Notes under the pieces: generated by a model
Told to the model about the DNA's origin: nothing
What the model saw: the letters and a program-made list of their open reading frames with translations, nothing else
The model's database searches: none
From: Candidatus Bathyarchaeia archaeon
GTDB lineage: Archaea > Thermoproteota > Bathyarchaeia > TCS64
NCBI GenBank assembly: GCA_050014495.1
Contig: JBEKDF010000006.1
Location: 31,115 to 95,114 of the forward strand
Length of the DNA stretch: 64,000 bases
Reading direction: 5' to 3'
Made by a program: the position numbers and the translations under genes
Shown here: piece by piece, positions 30,106 to 40,603 of the stretch
Numbering within the stretch: the first letter of the stretch is position 1
How the letters are laid out: every line of letters begins with the position of its first letter

Positions 30106-30921
30106 ATGGTTACCAATGAGGGTCTAATCAAGATCTCTAGGGGGATACGAGCAGATGCTCTGCGCGAAACGACTGAGGCTGGGTCGGGTCACCCCGGCGG
30201 TAGCCTCAGCGCGACCGACATCCTGGTCACCCTCTATTGGGAAGTGTTGAGACACGACCCACGGAACCCGGGCTGGCCCGACAGGGACAGGTTCATACTC
30301 AGTAAGGGGCATGCGGCCCCCGCTCTCTACGCTGTCCTCGCTAAACGGGGTTACTTCCCACGAGAGGAGCTTCACCACCTCAGGGAGTATGAGTCTATGC
30401 TCCAGGGCCACCCAGACGCGACACGAACACCGGGAGTCGAGGTTAGCAGCGGTAGCCTTGGGAATGGCCTCAGCATCGCTAGTGGTGTTGCCTCCGCATT
30501 GAAACTCGACGGGAGGAGTAGCAGAGTCTACTGCCTACTTGGGGACGGTGAGTGTGATGAGGGCCTAGTATGGGAGGCCGCCATGTTCGTGGCCCATAGG
30601 AAGCTCGATAACCTCACCGCCATAATCGACCGAAACGGACTACAGATAGACGGCCCAACGGAGAAGGTCCTCAGCCTCGAGCCACTGGCAGATAAGTGGC
30701 GTTCTTTCAACTGGAATGTAATCTGCGTCAACGGCCACGACTACGCCAAGCTACTCGCTGCCTTCGATGAGGCGAAGATCACCACAGGTAAACCAACCGT
30801 CATAATCGCTGACACCGTCAAGGGGAAGGGCGTCAGCTTCATGGAGGGGGTTGTCAGCTTCCACGGGAAGGCGTGCACATCCACGGAGCTTGAGACCGCT
30901 TGTAAGGAGCTGGAGGGATAG
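30106..30921 (+). CDS. tktA: Transketolase, N-terminal (ThDP-binding) subunit
   Basis: SGHPGGSLS, DRFILSKGH, LQGHP, GDGE...N. Confidence 0.95.
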   Translation: MVTNEGLIKISRGIRADALRETTEAGSGHPGGSLSATDILVTLYWEVLRHDPRNPGWPDRDRFILSKGHAAPALYAVLAKRGYFPREELHHLREYESMLQGHPDATRTPGVEVSSGSLGNGLSIASGVASALKLDGRSSRVYCLLGDGECDEGLVWEAAMFVAHRKLDNLTAIIDRNGLQIDGPTEKVLSLEPLADKWRSFNWNVICVNGHDYAKLLAAFDEAKITTGKPTVIIADTVKGKGVSFMEGVVSFHGKACTSTELETACKELEG

Positions 30922-30923
30922 AG

Positions 30924-31862
30924 ATGAGTATTAAAGCAACCAGAGACGCCTACGGTGAGTGGCTAGTCGAGACAGGTAAAACCAACAGAGACATAGTCGT
31001 AGTCGACGCTGACCTAGCAGAGTCCACAAAGACGATAATGTTCGGGAAGGCCTATCCTGACCGCTTCTTCGACGTAGGCGCTGCCGAGCAGAACCTCATA
31101 GATGTCGCTGCGGGTCTGGCTATAGGCGGCAAGAGGGTCTTCGCCAGTAGCTTCGCATATTTCCTAACTGGCAGGGCATGGGACCAGATCCGCAACATCG
31201 TCGCCCACGACAACCTCAACGTCTGCCTTGTAGCGAGCCACGGCGGCTTATCCGCAGCCGCTGATGGAGCGTCCCATCTTGCTCTCCAAGACGTATCCCT
31301 TATGCGAGTAATCCCAAACATGCGGGTCGTCGTCCCAGTCGACGCTGAGGAGACGAAGAGCGCTCTCGACACCGCCCTCAAGGAGGGAGGCCCATTCTAC
31401 ATGCGTCTACGCAGAGACAAAGAGCCAATCCTCCAGAAGAGCTACAAGTTCAAGCTTGGAAGGGCTGAGATCATGAGGGATGGAGAAGATGTCACGCTCG
31501 CTGCCTTCGGACCGATGGTGGACGCCTCCCTAAAGGCTGCCACAATACTCAAGGATATGATGATCGACGCGAGGGTCCTGAATATACACACTGTAAAGCC
31601 ACTCGACGGTGACGCCCTCGAGGCAGCGGCGAAGGCCACGGGTGCAATACTCACAATCGAGGACCACTCCGTCTACGGAGGGCTCGGCGGGGCAGTGGCT
31701 GAGTCCCTCTCAGAGAACTATCCAGTACTAATCACCAGGCTCGGGATTCCCGACGTCTACGCAGGCTCAAGCCGAAACGTTGATAGTTACCTAAAGGAAT
31801 TCGGATTGACGCCGGATGCGATAGCGGCGAGGACAGAGCAGATCGTCGAGAATCGTAAATAA
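30924..31862 (+). CDS. tktB: Transketolase, C-terminal subunit
   Basis: DADLAEST, GAAEQN, DGASH, EDHSVYGGLG. Confidence 0.93.
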   Translation: MSIKATRDAYGEWLVETGKTNRDIVVVDADLAESTKTIMFGKAYPDRFFDVGAAEQNLIDVAAGLAIGGKRVFASSFAYFLTGRAWDQIRNIVAHDNLNVCLVASHGGLSAAADGASHLALQDVSLMRVIPNMRVVVPVDAEETKSALDTALKEGGPFYMRLRRDKEPILQKSYKFKLGRAEIMRDGEDVTLAAFGPMVDASLKAATILKDMMIDARVLNIHTVKPLDGDALEAAAKATGAILTIEDHSVYGGLGGAVAESLSENYPVLITRLGIPDVYAGSSRNVDSYLKEFGLTPDAIAARTEQIVENRK

Positions 31863-31906
31863 ATAGCAGAATCAAGTTTTTTAACCCCTCTACACTCCCA
31901 ACAATC

Positions 31907-32269
31907 ATGTTCTGGCTCGATGTCGACCTGGCGACACAGACGACGACCCTCCACAAAGGTGACTGCATCCACATCGAACCCACATCAACAGAGAGAAAGG
32001 GAGTCAACGAAATGCGAGCCGATGGAGGTTGGTTCAGCTTCAACTCAATTGGCGAAGCCATGAGGTTCTATAAAGTTAAAAGGCTCAGGGGTGAGGTTGC
32101 CTCCTGTCTATTTTGTAGACCCCTCGACAACTTGAGTGAGGTCACAATGGCGAAGCTAGACGTCAGTACACCGAGTACCGGTTGTGATACAAACATCAAA
32201 GAGGTTGAAGTAATGGACACAAAATCAAACTACCGCCGCCTACTCTCCCGTCTCCTCAGCGACCGATGA
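31907..32269 (+). CDS. Hypothetical protein with HxxxC...CxxC putative metal site
   Basis: LHKGDC...GGW...CLFCRP; TATA-like TTTTTAAC about 27 nt upstream. Confidence 0.6.
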   Translation: MFWLDVDLATQTTTLHKGDCIHIEPTSTERKGVNEMRADGGWFSFNSIGEAMRFYKVKRLRGEVASCLFCRPLDNLSEVTMAKLDVSTPSTGCDTNIKEVEVMDTKSNYRRLLSRLLSDR

Positions 32270-32334
32270 ATCGGGGTATTATTGCGTTGGTTGACTAAAT
32301 CTTGCATAAACCGGTTTTTCACCACCATTTTTTT

Positions 32335-32563
32335 CAATTCAGCGATGTGGCGAGGTACGCGCATCTGAGAGAATAATTCGGACATCTGAGTTTGAAGAGT
32401 GAGATTTGAAGAATTGTCAGATAGTAGGACACATGTAACGTCTCTGGCCGTTTTCCAGTCGATTGAGGACCGCGAAAGGGAGCTCTAGTCAGAGATGGAG
32501 AAGGGTTTAAATGATTCGTATGCTCGTCTCGACGAGTTTTTGGCGAAAGAATTAGCAAAATGA
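32335..32563 (+). pseudogene. SRPBCC/AHSA1 domain gene remnant (C-terminal part)
   Basis: Two frames read EVRASERIIRTSEFEE* and RFEELSDSRTHVTSLAVFQSIEDRERE L*SEMEKGLNDSYARLDEFLAKELAK*, matching the remembered AHSA1-like consensus (ERII.TFEFEG...VFQSV.DRD.M..SGME.G...SY.RLDE). Confidence 0.7.
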
Positions 32564-32642
32564 TTATTATTAAATAGTTAATCATAAACGCGCGACTAAC
32601 ATCTGATAACAGATAGTCAACAATTAAAGAGAGGAAGATACT

Positions 32643-33632
32643 GTGCGCTTCATCGTTTACGGGGCCGGAGCCATCGGAAGTATAATCGGAGGTCATCTCT
32701 ATAGAACCGGTCACGATGTCGTTTTGGTCAGCAATCAGAGGCATGTTGACAAGATTAATGCTGATGGTCTAAGGTTGATCACACCCGAAGAAATACATGT
32801 TCTGAAGGTACCCGCTGTTAAGGAGGCAAAAGAATTATCCCCCTTCGGGGTGTATGATGTCGTCCTATTAACTGCTAAGTCTCAACACACATTCCTCTGT
32901 TTAGGACAATTGAAGAATGCGGGAGCCGATAGGACCTTACCGATATTCTGCGCTCAGAACTCTATCATTAATGAACCAGCTGCAACCCGCATATTCGACA
33001 AGGTTTACGGGGTTGTTGTTAATCTGCCCGGAATATTTCTTCAACCAGGGGAAGTGATCAACCCGATCTCAGGGAATGCGGGTTTCATCGAGGTGGGTCT
33101 CTACCCGCGTGGAATTGACGAGTTAGCGAAAGAGGTCTCAGAGGCTTTTCGAGTTGCGGGCTTTGCATGTTTTGTAAATGAGTGGGTGATGAAAGCGAAG
33201 GCTGGGAAGTGTCTCTTAAACTTAGGTAACTCGATTGAGGCTATTACAAATGGGAGAGGCGATGGAAGTGCATTCCTGAGGGCTACAAGGAAGGAGGCAG
33301 AAGAGGTTTGGAGGTTAACAGGGATTGAGTGGGAGGACCTTGAGGATTATGAGCGACGTGTTCGTGTAGTACGTGGAGTTAACAAGATGCCCAAAGGCTA
33401 TGAGGGAGAAAAAAAGCGGAGTTCTTCGTGGCAGAGCCTCATCCGTGGGACAGGTAATATAGAGGCTGAGGCTCTGAATGGGGACGTGGTGATTCTGGGA
33501 CGAAGTTTAGGTGTTAAGACCCCTTACAACGAGGTTCTTTGGGAGGTGGCTGAGAAAATGGCTGTGAATGGCGAGAAGCCCGGAAAATACACGGCTGAGG
33601 ATCTATTAAGAATGGTTCAGGAGAAAACATAG
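32643..33632 (+). CDS. Ketopantoate reductase (PanE/ApbA) family protein
   Basis: GAGAIG, TAKSQ, AQN, KCLLN, SSWQS, EALNG. Confidence 0.88.
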   Translation: MRFIVYGAGAIGSIIGGHLYRTGHDVVLVSNQRHVDKINADGLRLITPEEIHVLKVPAVKEAKELSPFGVYDVVLLTAKSQHTFLCLGQLKNAGADRTLPIFCAQNSIINEPAATRIFDKVYGVVVNLPGIFLQPGEVINPISGNAGFIEVGLYPRGIDELAKEVSEAFRVAGFACFVNEWVMKAKAGKCLLNLGNSIEAITNGRGDGSAFLRATRKEAEEVWRLTGIEWEDLEDYERRVRVVRGVNKMPKGYEGEKKRSSSWQSLIRGTGNIEAEALNGDVVILGRSLGVKTPYNEVLWEVAEKMAVNGEKPGKYTAEDLLRMVQEKT

Positions 33633-33771
33633 TACATTTGCGCAAGTCATCAAGCCAGATGATAACATTGCTACAAATGCATTCAATATGCGAGGAATAA
33701 GAGTGATTTAGGGGCTGGTTGGGTTTGGGGAACCGTTTATACACATTCCTACCAAATAGTAACCGATCGGA

Positions 33772-34680
33772 TTGAAGAACGAATACGGCGTCCAAATTGA
33801 GCCTCAGTATGGCTACGAGTATACCTACCTGAGAGAAGTGGCAAAGCGTGCGGAGGCAGCAGGATTCGAGAGTTTGTGGGCCTCAGATCACTTTCTAATT
33901 CGCCCAGACGCCGTCGACGTCGATTGCTTGGAGGCATGGACTCTCCTCACCGCCCTTGCTGCAGAGACAGAGACCCTACGTCTCGGCACGATGGTCTCCT
34001 GCCAGAACTACAGAAACCCTTGCTTAGATGCGAAGATCGCTGCTAGCCTCGATGTGATTAGCGGAGGACGTATCTACTTTGGAGTCGGTGCAGGGTGGAA
34101 GGAAGTCGAGTACAAAGCATATGGCTACCAATTCCCTAGCCCTGGTGCGAGGGTGAGACAGCTCGACGAGGCCCTCACTATTGCCAGACAGATGTGGACG
34201 AAGCCCAGAGCCAATTACCAGGGTAAATACTACAGCGTTAACGACTGTGTAGCCATGCCGAAGCCCCTCCAGGACCCGATGCCAGTCCTGGTTGGAGGAA
34301 CCGGCGACAGCCTCCTCAAGGTCACCGCCAAACATGCCCAAGTCGCAAACTTTGCATGGAACATCGATCTCAAGGTCTTCGAGGAGCGTCTAAACGTCCT
34401 TGAGGAGCACTGCAAGAAATTGGGGATCAACTACGTCTCTATCCGCAAATCGACGGGTCTCCACTTGGCCCTCAAAGACGTCAAATCCGGATCACAAGCT
34501 CCCCATGAGAGGTACTCGGGTTTGAAGAAGTGGGAAGCGAAGACCGTGGAGGAGGCAGCTGAGTTTGTGAGAGGTTACATCGACCTCGGTGTGAGTCACT
34601 TCGTAATAGTTTTCCCCTTCGGGTCAGAGGCAGAGTCAGCGGAATACTTTATGGACAAAGTAGCACCACTCATCGAGTAG
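33772..34680 (+). CDS. LLM-class (probably F420-dependent) oxidoreductase
   Basis: WASDHF, LEAWT, YRNP, ISGGR, GAGW...EY..YG, PKPLQ. Confidence 0.9.
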   Translation: MKNEYGVQIEPQYGYEYTYLREVAKRAEAAGFESLWASDHFLIRPDAVDVDCLEAWTLLTALAAETETLRLGTMVSCQNYRNPCLDAKIAASLDVISGGRIYFGVGAGWKEVEYKAYGYQFPSPGARVRQLDEALTIARQMWTKPRANYQGKYYSVNDCVAMPKPLQDPMPVLVGGTGDSLLKVTAKHAQVANFAWNIDLKVFEERLNVLEEHCKKLGINYVSIRKSTGLHLALKDVKSGSQAPHERYSGLKKWEAKTVEEAAEFVRGYIDLGVSHFVIVFPFGSEAESAEYFMDKVAPLIE

Positions 34681-34880
34681 AAAGCGAGTTTAATCTCTTC
34701 CCAGCATCCAATTTCAAGTGAAGGCCAAGCCAGGCTTGAGAAACTAGGATAAACTGAGGAAATAGATCCAATGCGATTCAGTGGAATCAATTAAAAATTT
34801 TGGGTATGATAGCATTACGTTCAACATGTTCTATGCAGCAAAATTGAATATTTTCGGGGAAAAGGTCTAAGCGACTGTGC

Positions 34881-35741
34881 TTACCCTACGAAGAGGCGGG
34901 ACATGCACGTTCTCTTAGCGAGTTCCTCCATCTCCTCGTCGCTCGGCTTGGGTGCATTCTTGCTAGCAGCCTCCAACACCTTAGGCAGAAGTCTCACGTC
35001 TCCAGCAGTGTTGAGGAATATGCCCTCCTGCCCTAGGACCCATGAGACGACAAGTTCGATATCACTTTGACTCTCGAAGGGCTCGTACCAAGTCTCGGCA
35101 GTGTGTTCCTTCTCCCCCCATGGACCCCTAGTCAGGGATTTTATTGTCTGGACAGCCACCCCTCTGTCCCAGCATGTCTTTCGGAGAGCCTCGAATTCTT
35201 CCCTGTAGCGCTCATCCCGGTATAGGATATAGTTCCATGGGAGAAGAACAGAGTCGAAGTCGAACCTTTTTAGGCTTCTCATGTGCATTGCGGGTGCGAA
35301 AAGGCCATGACCGGTGACACCTATGAATCGTGTTAAGCCCTGCTCCTTTGCCTCCACCAGAGCCTTTAGCGCTCCTCCCTCCCCCATGGCAGTATCCCAT
35401 TCGTCGGGGTGGGTGAGGTTGTGCAGTTGGATCAAATCGACGCTCCTCACCCTAAGTCGTTTAAGAGAATTAGCGAACTCCTTCTTCGCCTCAGCATAGG
35501 TGCGCATCCCCGTCTTCGTGGCTAGGAAGAAGTCGCTCCTATGCTTCTCCATCCATGGACCTATCCTGAGCTCGGCGTCTCCATAGCTCGCAGCGACGTC
35601 TATGTGGTTCACGCCCTGTCCTGTTAGGAGCTTGAGTGTCTCATCCGCTATCTCCTGAGTCACTTCACCGAGTGCTGCGGCGCCAAAGAGTGTCGCGGAG
35701 CTATCGTGTCCAGTACTCCCGAAGGGTTGCCTCCTAATCAT
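34881..35741 (-). CDS. Aldo/keto reductase
   Basis: DVAASYG, ATK, SLKRL...DLIQLH, IGVTGH. Confidence 0.92.
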   Translation of the reverse strand: MIRRQPFGSTGHDSSATLFGAAALGEVTQEIADETLKLLTGQGVNHIDVAASYGDAELRIGPWMEKHRSDFFLATKTGMRTYAEAKKEFANSLKRLRVRSVDLIQLHNLTHPDEWDTAMGEGGALKALVEAKEQGLTRFIGVTGHGLFAPAMHMRSLKRFDFDSVLLPWNYILYRDERYREEFEALRKTCWDRGVAVQTIKSLTRGPWGEKEHTAETWYEPFESQSDIELVVSWVLGQEGIFLNTAGDVRLLPKVLEAASKNAPKPSDEEMEELAKRTCMSRLFVG

Positions 35742-35848
35742 TTTAATCAGTGATCGCTTGGAAGACGTGGCTTAAATATCCAGTTCTTTCATCGCCGAAA
35801 GTGTTATCCAAAAAGTAGTCTAACTAGGAGAACAACACGGGACCCTGA

Positions 35849-36496
35849 ATGGAGTTTTTCATAGACACCGCCGACATTGTCCAGATTAGGAAGTATTACG
35901 CCCTAGGCATAGTCGACGGGGTGACAACAAACCCCACACTCATTGCAAAGTGTGGGCGTAGATTCGAGGACGTCGTCAAGGAGATAACCGAGGTAGTGAA
36001 GGGGCCGATAAGCGTCGAGGCATGCAGCACCATGGCCGATGACCTCGTTGCTGAGGCTAAGCAACTCGCTGCCTTCGGTGAGCACATCGTGGTAAAGATC
36101 CCGATGACGTCCGAGGGACTCAAGGCCGTCAAGGTACTGAGTAATCTCGGGATAAAGACTAATGTCACACTCATATTCTCAGCAAACCAAGCTCTCCTAG
36201 CCGCGAAGGCGGGTGCGACTTATGTTAGTGTCTTTGTCGGGCGCCTCGATGACAGGGGACAGGATGGTATGGAGGTCATCGAGGAGGTTATGGACATCCT
36301 AGACAACTACGACCTCCCAAGTCAGTTAATAGTAGCGAGTATAAGGCACCCCCGCCAAGTCACCGATGCCGCAAGGATGGGGGCACATGTAGCCACGATA
36401 CCACCTGATATTATTGAGAAGATGCTTAGCCATCCCCTCACCGACGAGGGCCTCCGAATCTTCGCCAAGGACTGGGAAAAGGTTCAGAGGGGCTAG
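35849..36496 (+). CDS. tal: Transaldolase (short TalC type)
   Basis: IDTAD, GVTTNP, VKIP. SVE (Glu) and VFVGR (Phe) favour transaldolase over F6P aldolase. Confidence 0.92.
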   Translation: MEFFIDTADIVQIRKYYALGIVDGVTTNPTLIAKCGRRFEDVVKEITEVVKGPISVEACSTMADDLVAEAKQLAAFGEHIVVKIPMTSEGLKAVKVLSNLGIKTNVTLIFSANQALLAAKAGATYVSVFVGRLDDRGQDGMEVIEEVMDILDNYDLPSQLIVASIRHPRQVTDAARMGAHVATIPPDIIEKMLSHPLTDEGLRIFAKDWEKVQRG

Positions 36497-36522
36497 CTCA
36501 GTACACTGAGTAAACTGTTTAA

Positions 36523-37650
36523 GTGGCGCGTCCGCATCAACTTGGAACCATCTTGAAAGCCCGAGTCGCCACGCCACTTCTCATATTACTCATAATTCTA
36601 GTGCAGCTAGTGCCTGTCCAAGCGGCGCCACAGTACAAGTATACCCTAACCTACGTCTTCGAGAACCGTGGGGCAACCTCAACCACACTACTAAAGGATG
36701 ACATATCAGTCCCCCTCTTCGTGAATGGCGCGTCTCAGACCGTCACCATAACGTCGGCAACGCCCCCTCTTGGCCCAGCCTATTCAGATGAGGATGGAAA
36801 CAGTTTAGCCGACCCTACCATGGGCCTATCAATACCCGCAAACGGGAATCTAACCTACACAGTCGTGTATGGAATATCCCCCTCGGGTCTTCCTAAGCCC
36901 CAGATTGATTCAACAAAAGCGGGGACGGCTTCTGATATTCCCGCTGCCCTCATCTCGAACTACACAGTGACCACGGAGACATTCTGGTCAAATAACACCG
37001 TTGTAGCTACCTTGGCGAGAAGTATAACCTCTGGTCAAACTACCGTCCTCGGGAAGCTTGTTCGCCTAGTCGCGTGGATGCACGCCAACATCACATACGC
37101 GACTCATGAGTTACCATTATACCCGAACCAGACTCTCACCCAGAGGGAGGGCGACTGCGACGATCAATCAATTTTGCTAGTCAGCATGCTAAGGAGCCTG
37201 GGCATCCCCTCGTACCTCGAAATAGGTGTCGTGCTCGACTCAGGAATAAACAACAACGACACGATCTGGAATGGGCACCTCAACATCTCAGAAAAGGGAT
37301 TGGGCTGGCACGGCTGGGCGATGGTATACACCCCCCCTTGGGGTTGGATACCAGTCGACCTCACTTACACTAGCGAAAGCGACCCCCTAAAAATCGTCCA
37401 GAACGCCCCCGAGTACACCCCCGTTGTTGTCTCGGCGATGAAGGTGTCGAATCAATCCTATACGACCCTTAGTGTTGAGACTCGACAAAGGATAATCACC
37501 TCAACCCTCTACATCAGATCGATTGAGACGGTGAATGGTCTTCAGTCAAGCTGGATTGACCCGACTATGATAATCCTCGGCGTTGTCGTAGCGGTGGCTA
37601 TAGGATTCATGTTCTATACGGCCCGCCGCCCGAGGCAGCAGGCGATATAA
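36523..37650 (+). CDS. Secreted, C-terminally anchored transglutaminase-like protein
   Basis: Signal peptide, GDCDD, HGW and PVDLT triad, C-terminal TM. Confidence 0.85.
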   Translation: MARPHQLGTILKARVATPLLILLIILVQLVPVQAAPQYKYTLTYVFENRGATSTTLLKDDISVPLFVNGASQTVTITSATPPLGPAYSDEDGNSLADPTMGLSIPANGNLTYTVVYGISPSGLPKPQIDSTKAGTASDIPAALISNYTVTTETFWSNNTVVATLARSITSGQTTVLGKLVRLVAWMHANITYATHELPLYPNQTLTQREGDCDDQSILLVSMLRSLGIPSYLEIGVVLDSGINNNDTIWNGHLNISEKGLGWHGWAMVYTPPWGWIPVDLTYTSESDPLKIVQNAPEYTPVVVSAMKVSNQSYTTLSVETRQRIITSTLYIRSIETVNGLQSSWIDPTMIILGVVVAVAIGFMFYTARRPRQQAI

Positions 37651-37684
37651 ATCGCCGATCGCCACAACACCCTCAGGTGAGGAG

Positions 37685-38206
37685 TTGGAGATACCCGAGG
37701 AAATTCTCAAGAGGAAGAGCATACGCGCCTTTGCGCCGAAGGGACTGACTGATGAAGAGGTAGAGACCCTCATAGGGGCAGCTGTACGCGCCCCGAGTGC
37801 AGGCAACATGCAGCCATGGGGCTTCGTCGCTGTCAGGGACCGAGCAGTCAAGGAGGAGCTCGTCGAGGCAAGCTATGGTCAGTCATTCATAGCGACTGCA
37901 CCTGTTGTAATCGTTGTCTGCGTGGAACCGGCCAGGAATGCACAGAGGTATGGGGACCGGGGTAAGACACTCTATTGCCTACAGGATACGGCAGCGGCTG
38001 TTGATAACATCATGCTCACTGCCACGCACAATGGCTTAGCTAGCTGCTGGATCGGTGCCTTCGACGAGGGAATGGCTGCGGAAGCAATTGGGCTCCCCAC
38101 CGGAGTCAGGCCAGTGGCTATGATACCAGTTGGCTACCCCAACCAAGACCCCCCGCCAAGGCCACGTCGCCCAGTCTCCGAGGTGCTCCACCTCGACAAG
38201 TGGTAG
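37685..38206 (+). CDS. Nitroreductase family protein
   Basis: RKSIRAF, APSAGNMQPW, GLASCWIG. Confidence 0.92.
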   Translation: MEIPEEILKRKSIRAFAPKGLTDEEVETLIGAAVRAPSAGNMQPWGFVAVRDRAVKEELVEASYGQSFIATAPVVIVVCVEPARNAQRYGDRGKTLYCLQDTAAAVDNIMLTATHNGLASCWIGAFDEGMAAEAIGLPTGVRPVAMIPVGYPNQDPPPRPRRPVSEVLHLDKW

Positions 38207-38257
38207 ACGCCTACAACACCTTTTATCAGTATTCACCAACCCTAGAATCGACCATTA

Positions 38258-39025
38258 TTGCCACAGGACTTCAGGTTCATTGACCTCAAGGTCAACGACG
38301 CATACACAAACATGGCTGTAGACGAGGCAATAACGAAGGCCCGGGGAGAGGGAAGAACACCAGACACCCTACGGCTCTATATGTGGAGACCCAGCGCAGT
38401 CACACTCGGCTACTTCCAGAGCGTCGAGGACGAGGTCAACATAGAGGCACTTGAGAGATTCGGCTTCAACCTGAACAGAAGGATAAGCGGAGGCGGTGCT
38501 GTCCTTAACAGCGAGAAGGGGGAGATCACCTACAGCGTCATACTCAGGGAGGACGACCCAAGGGTCAGTACGGACCCAGTCGAGTCCTATCACCTACTCT
38601 GCCAGGGCATAATTGAAGCCCTCGCCCTCCTTGGAGTAAAGGCTGACTTCAAACCTATCAACGACATAGTTGTAGCCGGGAAGAAGATTTCGGGGAACGC
38701 TCAGATCAGACGCTATGGAGCCGTACTCCACCATGGTACTTTACTCGTCGACTTCGATGCACGTGAGATGTTTGGGGTTCTAAAGATCTCGAAGGAGAAG
38801 CTCAGCGATAAGATGATACAGCAAGCTGAGGACCGCGTCACAACAATCCGTAGGCTGCTTGGACGCCAAGTTGGATTCCTAGAGGTACGGGCCGCATTAG
38901 AGGAGGGATATAGGAAGGCCCTCGACGCCAATTTGATTCGAGGAATGCTCACCCCCTATGAGGAGGAGCTCGTAAAGCAGTTTAGAACTCGCTACGAGAG
39001 TAGGGACTGGATATATCGGAGGTAG
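38258..39025 (+). CDS. lplA: Lipoate-protein ligase catalytic subunit
   Basis: NMAVDE, RRISGGGAV, NDI...KKISGNAQ, HGT. Confidence 0.92.
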   Translation: MPQDFRFIDLKVNDAYTNMAVDEAITKARGEGRTPDTLRLYMWRPSAVTLGYFQSVEDEVNIEALERFGFNLNRRISGGGAVLNSEKGEITYSVILREDDPRVSTDPVESYHLLCQGIIEALALLGVKADFKPINDIVVAGKKISGNAQIRRYGAVLHHGTLLVDFDAREMFGVLKISKEKLSDKMIQQAEDRVTTIRRLLGRQVGFLEVRAALEEGYRKALDANLIRGMLTPYEEELVKQFRTRYESRDWIYRR

Positions 39026-39027
39026 TC

Positions 39028-39309
39028 ATGTTGAAGAAGTTTGAATACAAGGTCCCCGGGGGGAAGCTTCTCAGGGCGAAGCTTGAGACTACAGAGGGAA
39101 GGATCAGCTTCATCCAGTTCACAGGCGACTTCTTCATGGACCCTGAGACGGACCTCGAGGAACTCGAGGCGAGACTTAGGGAAACTCCTGCTGAGCCAGA
39201 TTCTATGGGATCGGTAGTTATGGGATTCTTCTCGGAGAAGAGGACCGTGATTGCAGGAGCATGCGCTACCGACTTTGTGTATGTCATAAACCAGGCGCTC
39301 AAAGCCTGA
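39028..39309 (+). CDS. lplB: Lipoate-protein ligase accessory subunit (C-terminal domain)
   Basis: YKVPGGKLL...FTGDFFMDP...LE; directly follows lplA. Confidence 0.85.
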   Translation: MLKKFEYKVPGGKLLRAKLETTEGRISFIQFTGDFFMDPETDLEELEARLRETPAEPDSMGSVVMGFFSEKRTVIAGACATDFVYVINQALKA

Positions 39310-40414
39310 AGTCGGGTATCGATGGAACGCAGCTGCGAAGCCTCCTGAAGGCCCGCGACTTCTCTTCATCCCTAACCTTCGAGGAAGATATACCTGTCTT
39401 GAGGACATCGACTGCCTCATCCATCGCTCTCCTGTCGACGGGGAAGGGGACACCATCCTTGCCACCGAAGGCGAAGTTAAAGCGGACCGGGTCATCCCAG
39501 CTGGCTCTCCCCCCATAGATCAATTCTGAGATTAGGCTGAGTCCACGAACAGTCGATGGGCCCACACCCTTGAATGCTACAAGCTCTTCGTAATTCTTAG
39601 GCTGGAATTCATAGACCTCGCGAAGGGTATCCCAGTTAACGTTCCTAGGCATGACGAGTTGCTCCTGCTCCTCGACGCTGGCCCAGGAGTCGAGGCGCTT
39701 CTGCTTCGCTGGGACAGGGGGGAGGAACATCCTCCTGAGCCTCTCGGGACTCTCCTTGACGAGGTCGACGCAGGCGAGCCTATTCTCCTTACTCTTCACG
39801 CTGGTCATGTCGAGGACGTATGGGAGGCGGGTGTTGCATAGGATGGCGTTCTGAGGTTCCTCAATTAAGCCACTGTGCTCAATGGGCCAGTGGTAGCGGC
39901 GAGCGTCAGCCCTCTTCTGGTTAATACCCTGTTGGATGACGATCCACTTTCCCCTCTCGTCGAAGAAGAAGCAGTGGTGGTAGAGCTGGTACCCATCCTG
40001 GATCAGGCTGTTATCCACCTTTGCTGCCATACGACTGCAGTAAACAAGTTCCTCGATCCTCGCCTCCCCAAGGCCAAAGACCTCTCCCTTCTCCCTGATC
40101 TCGGTGGGAGCCTTTATCGAAGTCTTTCCCTTCCCACCTGCGATGGCCAACCCCGTCTCTATCGGATCAATGGCCTCCTTCAGTGCCCCACATGTTACCG
40201 TCGTCGTCCCACTACTATGCCAATCGTAGCCAAGGACGCAGCTCAGGCTCTGAAAGAACCAGGGATCGCTCAGCCGATTCATCAAACCTTCTCGGCCATA
40301 CTCATCGATTAATATCCCTGTGATGCAGCGGGCCAACTCAACCATCCTACTGAATAGCCACCGAGGAGCCTTCCCGGGGTGCAGTGGTAGCAGGGCAGTG
40401 GCCGTTGCGCCCAT
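39299..40414 (-). CDS. DUF763 protein
   Basis: LPLHPGKAP.WL, DWHSSGTTT, AKVD, RRYHW, FGGKDGVPFPVD. Confidence 0.93.
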   Translation of the reverse strand: MGATATALLPLHPGKAPRWLFSRMVELARCITGILIDEYGREGLMNRLSDPWFFQSLSCVLGYDWHSSGTTTVTCGALKEAIDPIETGLAIAGGKGKTSIKAPTEIREKGEVFGLGEARIEELVYCSRMAAKVDNSLIQDGYQLYHHCFFFDERGKWIVIQQGINQKRADARRYHWPIEHSGLIEEPQNAILCNTRLPYVLDMTSVKSKENRLACVDLVKESPERLRRMFLPPVPAKQKRLDSWASVEEQEQLVMPRNVNWDTLREVYEFQPKNYEELVAFKGVGPSTVRGLSLISELIYGGRASWDDPVRFNFAFGGKDGVPFPVDRRAMDEAVDVLKTGISSSKVRDEEKSRAFRRLRSCVPSIPDFRL

Positions 40415-40603
40415 CGGTTAGGGTGAAGCGATTCGTGGATTAAAACGGTGAGGTATATGATGAGGGTGGGGAGCCACCTGAAAGTGTCGAGAATTAACCT
40501 ATTACAATAAAACCCTATAACTGAAATACTTGTTAGATATCACATTGGAAGAAAAACCGAAAACTGAATAGGATAAAGGTTTTGTAATGTGTGCATTTAG
40601 CCC

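Noticed and set aside
32334..32744. 136-aa minus-strand ORF
   Set aside because: Shadow of the SRPBCC relic and the PanE-like gene start.
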